Of a DNA stretch of 64,000 bases, positions 1 to 11,593 are shown piece by piece. A program made the translations under genes and the position numbers. The DNA is from Styela clava. Lineage: Eukaryota. Each line of letters opens with the position of its first letter. Position 1 is the first letter of the stretch. The DNA is taken from the NCBI RefSeq assembly GCF_964204865.1, contig NC_135255.1, positions 23,126,001 to 23,190,000 of the forward strand, read 5' to 3'. Below the pieces are notes generated by a model, which made no database searches, was not told where the DNA came from, and was given only the letters and a program-made list of their open reading frames with translations.

Positions 1-189
1 TCCCACCGCAGTTAGGTCGGTACTCCCGTAGTATGTTTACCAATTTTGGAGGGAAGGCCATAATTTTATTCCAATTTTTCTTACTTCAGTTTCAGTACGA
101 GGTCGGGACTGTCTGTGTTTGCCAAATGAATATACCCCCTGCCCATAGGTTTCAGTCCCTTTACTAAACTTGCTATGAAGTAGGCGTAT

Positions 190-3100
190 TATCCAGTTAT
201 AGTGTGTATTAATACATTACATATGGATGGCTTTGTTATTATGTTGTTATTGTTCTTATTTTTTTCACACTGTTATGAAAAAATCGCTTTTCTCTTTGTT
301 TTGACCAATTGCTCTGTAATTTTCACTGGTTGATGGTTGTATTTTCGATAAAAGACCAATATTTTTTATTTATTCCAAAATTTTTTGTAAATTCTATGGG
401 ATTCTTTTTTCCAGTATTCATTGGACCTGAATTTAGGCTAATCTGCTTTTATCACTGAAGAATAAGATTGTTTAGCAGATATTTATCCAAATGTATGTTC
501 GTCCCTGAATCACTCTCGGCGATAAAGAAGTAGCGCAACCACGAGCTAGCTAATTTATGTGGTTATCGACTAAATTTATGTGGTTATGATGACCAATTTA
601 GTCTCAATTTCGATCCATTTTTCCAGGATTACAGTTTGGGAAACCCCGACTTAGTTTATGGCATTTTTTGAAGTAAGAATTTTTACGTGAATGGAGGTCA
701 CGTGGGTACGAATCATTGATGCGTTATTTTATTCCGAAACAAATGAGCAAAATCAGTCACTAATTGAGAAATTTATGAATCTAGGTTTGTTATATTAAAT
801 TGAAGTCGATTCAAGGTCCAGTCCTCTATTCTAGAATAGTTAAATTTACAGTATAAAATCTCGTTTGCGATTTACTGTAGTTTGAAATTTTTACTCTCTT
901 TACTCTTAGTTTCCAAAACGACAGTTTTCTTTGTCGAGTATGGCCCTCTTATATTGATTCTTATAATATTTCCTTGATCAATTATTAGAAGTAATGCAAG
1001 TTGAGATTTTTGGCCCGTGTTTACAATAGCTTTTAGACAATTTAAGGTTTCAGTAGTGATTCCAGTGCTCGGATGACATCTTTTATACTCATTTGATTGG
1101 CGTCTTGTGTGTGCTGTGATAAAATATAATAATTTTCGAAACGACAGTTATCCTTAGTCAAGCATCTTTCTCTTCGTACAAATGGTTCATATAATATTTA
1201 AAACATCACGAGTTGTTAGTTTGAGTTATTGCAACCGCAGACGATCTCAAGGGGCGTATGGAAACAAATATTTTTCGGAATGCCGAATACGTTATATGAC
1301 GTATACAATGGGGTAAAAGATAAACTCTTGTAAAATCGAGATGTAGATAGAGATGGTTATGTTATATTTCAGCTGAGATACAATTGCATGTTACATATCT
1401 AGGGTTTGAAGCTTGTTATAAAATTAGAATCATTTGTACAAAGCCCCCGCCACTAATGCAAAAATGTGAGATTTAGGAAAAACACATCCAGTTTGGGTTA
1501 AGAATGCAGATTGCGCTGAAAATTAAAATTTTTAAATTATTCTAAATCCTAACTGGATAATTACTAATTTTAGGCGTTGGCGGCGGCTTTATTCAAAAGA
1601 TCTTGAAATTGCAGTTGAAAATGTCATCTCTGGCTCTTGGAATTCAGAAATTCTAACTGTGATGCGAGTCCGGCTTGAACTATTATACCAGAAAGCCCTA
1701 GTCAGACCCCGGTTTGATTCGAAATTGATAATTTTTAAAACGACATGAACCATCAAGCATGGCGTCATTGGAGTTGAATCCGTAAAATACTTTATTATGC
1801 GTGGCAATGATGTATATATTATCGACAGCTGCACTGAAATTATTTTCGTCGAAGCAGATTCAATACAGCCGCGCCTTGATTGCCAGAGCCATTGCCACGG
1901 CAGACAATCTCAGGGGACATGTGTAACCAAACAACCGATTAATATTATATGACTGTCGAATACATTTTATTTTTAATAATAAACTTATGATAGGAAGGTT
2001 GTGTACCTGATCTCCAGGTATCTATTTTAGGACTGTAGTATCTGATAATGTTTCAATTCAGCTCCGGGCTTTTCAAAAATTCGACTTGACTTTGTTAAAT
2101 TTTTTCAGTTCGATTCTAAATTGAACAAGACTCAAAAAAGACTCTAGACTTTGACTTGAGAATATAAAGTCTTTGCAAGTGTTTATTTAGTTTGAATTTT
2201 GGAATGCAACAAGGAATTTATAATACTTTTTAAAACGACAGTTTCTTCGTCAAACATGGTGCCCCAAAATTTGAATACTGCAAAATACTTTTATCTCCGT
2301 ACAAATGGTTAATAATATAATATTTGATACGTTCGCACGTTTATCGTTCAAGCAAACAATCTCGTGACACTTAGGCAACCAAGCTATTGACACAACCACG
2401 TCTATAACTGTGTTTTATTCACGTAGGCGCCATATTCATTCCAGGCACTGGAGGTTATATTGAGCAACCTCCTTTCCATCTGGTTTGTCAGACTGCCGGC
2501 AGTGTGGAATTCTTTTGTCTATTAGGTCATTATTATGATGTTTGCTGCTGCATTTCTCAAACATTTTTTGCCTCGGAACAACTTCGCTTTTTATCTCGTC
2601 TCGTGGAAGACGGAACGCCAGAAAATTACAAGGTAAAATTAATAAGAAAATTGTGTAATAGATTCACATTGTTCGTCTTTTTGCGCAACAGGCTCATCAC
2701 ATCTTTTGAGGATTCCTTTTTTTTCGATCCTTGTTGCGGTGAAAGTGTTAAAATAGGCATATTAGGATATAATGATGTATGCCTTTACATATCAATGCGT
2801 AGTCTTCAAAGTAAGAAATTTTACGTGAATGGATGTCACATAAGCACAAGTCATCCATGTGTTATTTTATTCCGAAACAAATGAGCGGGATTAGTCACTA
2901 ATTGAGAAATGTATAAATTAGGTCTGCTATCAAAGACATTGGTTTGGCTGGCAGAAGTTATTTCTGTGTCTGGAGTTAAAATATAGTTTTGTACGTGATT
3001 GATTAGTCAGTGTTATATCTGTAATGTGAATGCCAATAGGAATCAGGCAATGTTTCAATTTCTTTATAAGTCGACTTCATGTTGTCAAATAATTCGACCC

Positions 3101-6100
3101 TGGCCCCAAATAAACAAACGTCAATTCACGGTCTAACTCTCAATCTTGATGTAATCAAAATTAAAACGCAAAAAATTAAACAGTTGCTAATAATTGTGAT
3201 CGCAAATTTTAATATCGGTTTTCATGAATTGAAGATTCCAGAACGACTCTGTGATCAGTTTGCGTTGATCAGTAATGTGAATTATGTTTGAAAGGGTTAT
3301 TTTGTGCTTGTGTGTGACAATCGCTGATTGGCAATAAGGCTACCGTAGTGCGCCCGTATCTCCGGATATCCACTTCGATTACTATTTGATTGTTGTGTTG
3401 TATGTGCTACAGTGGATTAAGAGTTTTCAAAGAACAACACTCATCAGGCATGGCGGAATTAAATTAGAAATATTCAAAACAACTCACTAGACTAAAACAC
3501 TCACAATTTGAGTAATTTCAGCCGCAGACAGTCTCAGGGGACGTATGTAAACAAACTAGTATACAATATTATTCTGAATGTTTGACATGTTGAGTGACGA
3601 TAATTTCGTAAAATCAAAATTTTTGTCGAGTTGTCGTCAAGAAAAAATTCTCTTTCTTCTTCAATTACTGAACCAATTGCCTTAAAATTTCCAGTGGTTA
3701 ATTAATTTTTGCTAGAAGGGTATTACTTTTGTTTATTGCAAAAATTTCTGTGAGCTATATGGGATTCTTTTGTATGCAATGACATCATCAAAAATTACGC
3801 ACTTTGTCGTGGTTCCAAGTTTGCGTTAGTCTACTATAACAGATTGCATATTTGATCGATGTGTTGTATGTTCTACAGTGCAATAAATGTTTTGAGAGGA
3901 CAACATTTATCAGGCATGGCGAAATTAAATTGGAAATCCGCAAAACAACTCATTATGCGTAGTGATGTTTTATATAATATTCATAACGTTCTCACTTTGT
4001 TAGTTTGAGTTTCTTGAGACAGTCTCAAGGGACGTATGTGAACAAACTAGTAAATAATATTTGCCTGAATGTTGAATACGTTGTATGACGGTAATTCCGT
4101 ACAAATAAAACTCTAGTCGAGTTGTTACGTATGTTGCAATGGTTAGATTAAATTACAGCTGAGATATTTAGACGTCTTGTATGTGCTACTGTGTAACTTT
4201 ATGAATAGTTTCCAAAACGACGGTTTCCCTCGTCAAGTATGGCGCCCTTAAGTTTGGATACTGCAAAATACCTTTGTATTTGTAAAAATAGTTTTGATGG
4301 AATTACCAGCTGTACTACAAGTAGTGTTGTAGAAACGGATTTAACACGGGTGTGGATCGGTCGAGTCACAAATAATCTCAATTGATTTATGCAAGCGAAC
4401 TAATAATTAATATTCGACTGAATGTCAAATACATTTTAAGACTAACATTTCGTAAAATTAAAACTCTAGTTGAAGTTTTCTGTAAGTAGCGATGTTTGAA
4501 ACATATTTGCGATGAGATGTAATTTTTCAGCGAATATATAAATATGCAACGATATATTTGTGTGCGGTTTGAATTGCAAGGCTGAGAAATTGAAAAAAGA
4601 ATTGAGTGCCGACGACAGTAGTGGAATGGGAGATGATATTTATTAAAATGAGAAATATAGAAAACCACGGTGATTGGATATTATGCAGTATATATATCGA
4701 TCGTTATGGTGTTGTTGTTGTTGTTGTTGTTCATATTCTTGTTGGTATTTTTTTTCGCACGTTTATCGTTGGAGTTATCGTCATAGCAAACAATCTCATG
4801 ATACTTAGGCAACCAAGCTATTGAGACGACCACGTCTAGAACTGTGTTTTATTCACGTAGGCGACATATTCATTCATAGCACTTTAGGTGATATTGAGCG
4901 ACCTCCTTTCCAGCTGGTTTGCCAGACCGCCAGCAGTGTGGAATTCTCTTGTGTATTCGGTCACTATTATGATGTTTCGTTGCCCAAAACCTGGGTAATT
5001 TTGGTTAAAAAATGATATTTGTACTACAAGTTCAAAGTTTTGCCAGAGCTGCGGATAATCTTCGAATCTTATTCGATCGGCGTATTGCATGTGTTCTGGT
5101 GGAATATAGTATTTTTCAAAACGGCAGTTTCCCTCGTAAAGCATGGCGCCCTCAAGATACATTTGTCTTTGTATAAATGGTTTATATAATATTTAAAACG
5201 TCATGAGTTGTTAGTTCAAATTATTGGAACCACAGACAATCTCAAGGGACGTATGAAAACAAATTATTAGTAAATATATATAAATAAATAAATAAAAATA
5301 TAAAATACGTTGTATGACGTTTATAATGGGGAAAATATAAACTCTAGTAAAATCGAGATGTAGATAGAGATGATTATATTTCAGCTGAGATACAATTGCA
5401 TATCTGTAGTTCGAGTTTCAATCGCAAGAATGTGGAATCATTTTCAATCCTAACTGGATAATTACTAATTTTCTTATTTTGAGGGTTGGCGGGGGCTTTG
5501 TACAAAAATTCTCAAAAGTGTGTTTAAAAATGTCATCTCAGGGTTTTGGAACTCGAAAATTTCAATTGTGACGCGATTCCAGCTCGGACTTATACCAGGT
5601 AGCCCTCCCTAGTCAGGTTTTATTTTTACAGTCGAATTTGATAATTTTCGAAACTACATGAATCTTCACGAACAGTGCCATTGTACTTGAATTTATGCTA
5701 ATCTATTTTTATTACTGTAAGAATAAGACTGTTCAGTAGATAATTATCCAAATGTATGTCCCTAAATCACTCTCGGCGATGAATAAGTAGCGCAACCACG
5801 AGCTAGCTGATTGCCTCGACTAAATTTATGTGATTATGATGACCAATTTCGATCCCTGTTCTGCGGAACACAGTTTGGGAAACCCTGGCCTAGTCTATGC
5901 CCCCTTTTTTGCAGTAAGAAATGTTGAATGGAGATAACGTGGGTACGAATCATTTAAGCGTTATTTTGTTCCGATACAAATGACCGGGAATAGTCACTGA
6001 TTGAGTTATGTATAAATCTAGGTGGGCTATCAAAGACATTAGTTTGAATAGGTAGAATTATATCTGCAGAGGTAAAATATGTTTTTGTACTTGATTAATT

Positions 6101-9100
6101 TGGAGATTAGTCTGTTCATACTAGTCAGTGTTATATCTATAATGTGGGTGTTAATGGTAGGGCATTGGTATCGGGAAGAATTTCAATATTTCTCTATAAG
6201 TTGACTTAACCTTGACAAATATTTTGACCGCGGTTCCAATATAACGAACGTCGATTCACGTTCCAACTCTCCAATCTATTGTAATAAAATTTAAATGCAA
6301 AAACTCAAGCATTTGCTAGTGATTGTTGTCGCAAATTTTACACCAAGTTTTCCTGAATCGGAAGATTAGTGAAAGACTCTGTTACTAGATTGCGTTGATT
6401 AGTAATATGAATTATGCTTGAAAGAGTTATTTTGTGCCTGGGTGTGGCTACCGCTGTAAGGCAATAATGCTTCCGTAGTACTTCCATAGCTGCGGATATC
6501 CACTTCGATTACTATTTGATTGATGTGTTGTATGTGCTACAGTAGACTAAAAGTTTTCAAAGAACAACACTCATCAGGCATGGCGGAATTAAATTAGAAA
6601 TATTCAAAACCACCCGCTAGACTAGAAAACACTCACAATTTGAGTAATTGCAGCCGCAGACAGTCTTAGGGGACGTATGTAAACAAACTGGTAAAAAATA
6701 TTATTCTGAATGTGAAAGGACAACATTTATCAGGCATGGCGAAATTAAATTTCAAAATCCGCAAAACAACTCATTAGGCCTAGTGATGTTTCATATAATA
6801 TTCATAACGTTCTCACGTTGTTAGTTTGAGTTATTACAGCCGCAGACAGTCTCAGGTGACTATGTGAACAAACTATTGAAAAATATTCTTCTTAATATCT
6901 AATTTCTGATACGTTGGATGACGGAAAGTTTGTACAAATAAAACTTTATTCGAGTTGTTGTGTAAGTTGCAATGGTTAGATTAAATTACTGCTGATATGT
7001 TTATTCTAAATATACCCATTATGCAGCAAAATCATGTAATATCCCAAACTTTACTTATTCAATATTATAATTTCTTTCCAACAATGTTGAAATTTACCAA
7101 AAAAAACATTTCATTTTTCAATATGGTAAGTTTTTTCCTTCCCTTATACAAATTTTTTTCTACACGATATTGGACCGCAATTAACCAATGTAGCAGATCT
7201 GCTGCAATTTGGGTGAGAGGTATAAATTATGGGGAAACATTTTTTTTATTTTTTTTTAAATGGTGGCACAAAACAAATATTTTCACCGAAGGAAATAATT
7301 TTCCTGTCTTTAGAAAAGGGTTTGTTAATAGAGGGTTAAATATTTTTTTTTCCTTCAACTTTGTTCTTTCATTAGTATAATATTATTATTCAATCACAAT
7401 TTATCCTGTGGTTGTTCCAAATTTGTAGGAAGTTAAATAAAATATGATTTTATGTTAAATAGAATCAGATTTGGAAATATTCGAATCGGAACATTCTGAT
7501 TCAGAATTCGATTCGGAAATGAGTTATTCAAAACTAAAATTTTTGAATTCTACAATATTAATATAGGGCTTTTAGATTTGATTGATCTGGAAAATATTAA
7601 CTACTAGTCTGGTCGTGTCGTTGTCGAGTGTTATTGATAAGGCATTAGTATCGAAATAGGTATGAATTTTGGCTCGAACCAATCTGAAAACACGTCTTCC
7701 TGTTTACAAATAATTCGACCTCGACTCAAAATGTAAAATAAATCTAGATTATAAACTTGTACTTGCGAGTACTCGTGGTTGGCAACTTTTACAAGTCAGA
7801 ATTCCCGACTGCGATACGAGGTTCCGACTTCAATGACATATAGCACTGTTCAATTTATTCCTTCAAAAGCATTTTATTGTTCTAGTGTTGACAATAACAA
7901 CCGCGGTTAAAAAACTATGAAGTCTCAATAGTGTTTCCGGATATCATCTTTGATTCTTATTTGATTGGTGTCTTGGGTGTGTTACAGTGTGGTAAGAATT
8001 TTTAGAGAAAATATTCCGCGCTGCAGAAGTATGTAATAATAATATTTAATGCGTCGCGCGTTATTGGTTGGAGTTAATGCCAGAGCAAAAAATCCCAGAT
8101 ACTAAATCAACCAAACTATTGAGACGCCCATGTGTTTTATTCCCGTAGGCGCCATATTCATTCATATCACTGGAGGTGATATTGATATTAATTAACCTCT
8201 TTCCAGCAGGTTAGTCAGACTGCCGGCAGTATAGAATTCTCTAGTGTAATAAGTCCTTATTTTGGTGTTTTGTTGCTCTAAGCCTGGGTACTTTTGGTTG
8301 TAAATTGATTATTTGTTAAATGTCTTACCAGTTTGACCTAGCTCAATTCCCCAGTTATCTTGTTATTGAGGTCTCTGTAACTGCTCTACTTTGTAAGAGA
8401 ATATTCTATTCGTTGATTTTCTATGCGTATTCATGGTCATTGACATGTATATTAGATGTTTGTTGACAAGATAGGATTTGTGTTGTATAGTTAGTGTCAC
8501 ACAAGTTATTCTTATCTATTTTGAAGTATATTTTTCCAGGTTTTCCATATATCCCATCATGAGTCGGTATTTTATGACTATGGCGTCATAGACAAATTTC
8601 TTACCTCGTGTTCTACGGCAGGCTTTTGGTGCTATATAAACTATGTAAGAGGTTGACTTGTAACAATAATTTATATTGAATTAACAACTGTACTACAAGT
8701 AATGTTGAACAAACGGATTTAACACGGGCGTAGATCGGTCGATTTACTGCCGCAGCAAATCTCATGAGAATTATACAAACAAACTGATAATTATTTAATA
8801 TTCGACTGAATGTCAAATAAATTTTATGACGCACATTTCGCAAAATTCAAACTCTAGTTAAGGTTTCCTGTAGGCAGCGATGGTTGGAATATATTTCAGC
8901 TGAGATGAACTTTTACAGCGATTTATATAAAAATACAGCGATATATCTGGAATGCGGTTTGCATTGCAAGACTGAGAAATCGAAAAATGAAATGAGTCGA
9001 GAGAAATGGAAAATTTCGAAATTGTTAAAGATAAGCATAATAGAGTATTATGGTTCAAATTTTTAAAAAGCAATTTGCATTTTTCAAATTAAGAAATTTT

Positions 9101-10047
9101 ACGTGAATGGAGGTCACGTGGGCACGAGTCATCCATGCTTTATTGAATACGAACATATGGATCGTTTTGTTTTTCTGTTGTTGTCGTTGTTCTTATTCTT
9201 TTAGTATTTTTTTCTTATCGTTCAAAAAAAATCGCTTTTCACTTTAATTAATGCACCAATTATTCCTCAGTGGATGAAGATTGGGTTTTCGATAAATGGC
9301 TATTACTTTTAAATATTTTAAAAATTTCTGTGAGCTCTATGGGATACTTGGTCGTGTGCCATAACGTCATAAAAAATTGCCTAGTCACTAATTGGGAAAT
9401 TTATAAATCTAGATGTTTGGCTATGAGAAGTTATACCTACAGAGTTGATATATGGTTTTTGTACTTGATTAATTTGGACAGTCAGTTCATACTGGCCAGG
9501 GTTTTATCTGTAGTTGATACTCAATGGCAGGGGTACAGTATCGGGAAGAATTTCAATTTCTTTATAAGTCGACTTCACGTTGACAAATATTTTGACCCCG
9601 ACTCCAATAAAACGAACGTCGATTCAAGGTCCAATTCTCCACTCTGGTGTAATTAAGTCTAAAATGCAAAAACTCAAGCAATTGCTGGTACTTGTGATCT
9701 CAAATTTTAACATCGGTTTTCATGAATCGGAAGATTAGGGAACGACTCTGTTACTAAATTGCTTTGTTCAATGTCCTGTATGTGCTACAGTGAAATAAGA
9801 GTTTTGAAGGAACAACATTCATCAAGCATGACAAAACTGAATGCCCGAAAAAAACTCATTATACGTAACAAATGGTTTATATAATATTAAAAACGTTCGC
9901 ACATTGATCGTTCGAGTTATTGCAACCGTAGACAGTCTCAAGGGACGTATGAAAACAAACTAGTAAATAATATTATTCTGAATGTCGAATGCCTTGTATG
10001 ACGATATGCTCGTATTGTTAAAACTCTAGTCGAGTTGTTGTGTAAGT
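190..10047. repeat. Degenerate modular (patchwork) repeat array
   Basis: Core gcagacagtctcaagggacgtatg..aaacaaactagta recurs at ~1237, 1900, 3524, 4017, 5232, 6656, 6842, 9928. Longer blocks recur: 445-780~5700-6020; 2340-2540~4755-4980; 2880-3560~5980-6700; 4290-4600~8660-9000. Confidence 0.8.
4711..4731. repeat. (GTT)7 microsatellite
   Basis: Read directly. Confidence 0.9.
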
Positions 10048-10165
10048 AGCATAGGTGAAAATAGGTCAATCTAAACTGGTGGTTCTCAACTTTTAAATTC
10101 ATCAATTTAAATTCATCCTTTTGCTTATTTTAAAACTTCCTATTACTCACTATTTAATGATAAAG

Positions 10166-10404
10166 CGGTACTCAAGAAGTATGTGAACCAAGATGGCGGA
10201 CACCGGAACGTAGTATGTGTACCAGGTTAGGGTTAGGCCATAATTTCAGGTACAAATACTACGGGAGTCACTTGGCTAGTCTCCGAACTCGTCATTTAAC
10301 TAAAATAAGAATAATTAGAATAATATTATGGCATATCCCTAACCTGGTACACATATCCTGGTTCCGATGTCCGCCATGTAGGTTCACATACTTCGGGAGT
10401 GTCT
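10166..10404. mobile_element. MITE with ~75 bp imperfect terminal inverted repeats containing GGTTAGGGTTAGG; also at ~26561, ~42956, ~62928
   Basis: Left arm actcaagaagtatgtgaaccaagatggcggacaccggaac..gtaccaggttaggg pairs with the reverse complement of ccctaacctggtacacat..gttccgatgtccgccatgtaggttcacatacttcgggagt. Confidence 0.8.
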
Positions 10405-10510
10405 ATGAAACTACCTATTTGTTCAATCTTTAATGGACCCAGCTACTGTTATGGGCAAGCCACACTGCCGCTGTTGTAAATTTCAAGTAGTCGTGAAAGT
10501 GTGCATAAAT

Positions 10511-11009
10511 TAATGTTGCCATACGCCAGATTTTCCCTGACATGTCCGGTATTTGAGTGGTCAATTTTGCGTCAGGGAGAAATGCTAAAAAGTGCCTAAA
10601 TGTCAGATTTTGGAATACACAGAATTCCTGCTAGAAATTCTCGAGTTTCCAGATATTGCGCATCCACGAAAACCTATTTTTCAGAGATATGTCACATGCA
10701 AGCTTTTTTGTGCCACACGGATAGAGTCGCATTCAGATAATTGTGATGTCACATATGAACTGTATTACCAGCATTTTGTAATCGGTATTTTGGTTGCACA
10801 ACCTTTAGCTTACTCCGTGCTAGGGTTTGGTCACTAGTGCTAAAGATTAGGCAACAATTTTGCTTCTTTCGTTTTTTCTGTATTTATTCTATTCTCACAA
10901 GAAAGCGACGACAGCTTGTGCCCTTGCATACATAGTGAATTTATACCATAATAGAAATCATTAATTTTGTGTTTTGTGAGATTTTGTGTTTCCACATATG
11001 GTAACCCTA
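10511..11009. mobile_element. hAT-type MITE (~500 bp) with 8-bp TSD; also at 26906-27404 and in unit 3; mostly deleted in unit 4
   Basis: TIRs taatgttgccata / tatggtaacccta; flanks gcataaat (10503-10510) and gcatgaat (11010-11017). Confidence 0.7.
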
Positions 11010-11355
11010 GCATGAATAATTAATTATATTATACTAAATAATAGTAATACTGCGCGTGTACAAGGCAAATCGCTTCCCTTCCCTTGGAAAGAATTCCTTC
11101 CCTGTTGGGAAACGTTTTTCTCGAGCAGTTAGAGGTGGACCACAATGCTAGGCGCGAAATTAATTTTAATTTTGATGGAAAACTCCTCGTTTTCCTAGTT
11201 TCATTTCTTTATACGGTGTTTTCACTTTGTTGAGCAGAAATTGTTCACACAAAATGAGATATGGTATCTACCAATCAAAATAACACTATAAATGCCACTG
11301 GAATAATAAACAGAGGGCCATGAGTGCTAAAAGCCTCCAGACGGGGCCCACAAGC

Positions 11356-11362
11356 TATATAA
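11356..11362 (+). promoter_or_regulatory. Candidate TATA box (TATATAA); also at 27751, 44136, 63539
   Basis: Conserved in all four copies, ~240 bp upstream of the ATG. A putative 5'UTR intron gtatgt(11501)..ctcag(11565) lies between. Confidence 0.45.
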
Positions 11363-11593
11363 GGTTGGGAACCACTTTTCTACGCAATGCATTAAAAAGG
11401 CTAGACTCAGACTAGAAGCCAACAGTCATTCTTGATCCAAATCTAAAAGGCAGAACAAAGATGCAGCAGACTGTAATTAACCGGATTCCATTTGCGTGTT
11501 GTATGTGTTATCTACTGTGATTGTGTTGAGTAAGTTGTAACTTTAAAGTGTTTTATTCATCTCAGATTAATACGAGTATTATCGGAACTAACC

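Larger units (their letters stand above)
10077..11377. mobile_element. Degenerate hAT (Charlie-like) non-autonomous element upstream of the gene, containing nested MITEs; also at 26472-27772, 42867-44157, 62839-63560
   Basis: Imperfect TIRs tggtggttctcaac / gttgggaaccactt. Flanking 8-mers atctaaac / ttctacgc (5/8 match) both resemble the nTCTAnnn target of Charlie-like elements. Confidence 0.55.

Noticed and set aside
1589-9656. Short ORFs of 60-128 aa in the first 10 kb
   Set aside because: No recognisable motifs; they lie in degenerate repeats whose copies do not preserve frame.
1200-10047. Recurrent ~30-90 bp core as a CRISPR-like array
   Set aside because: Copies are degenerate and irregularly spaced, the intervening DNA is itself repeated, there are no cas genes, and the context is eukaryotic.
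10225-10238. Interstitial telomere
   Set aside because: Only about two TTAGGG-like units, embedded in MITE arms.
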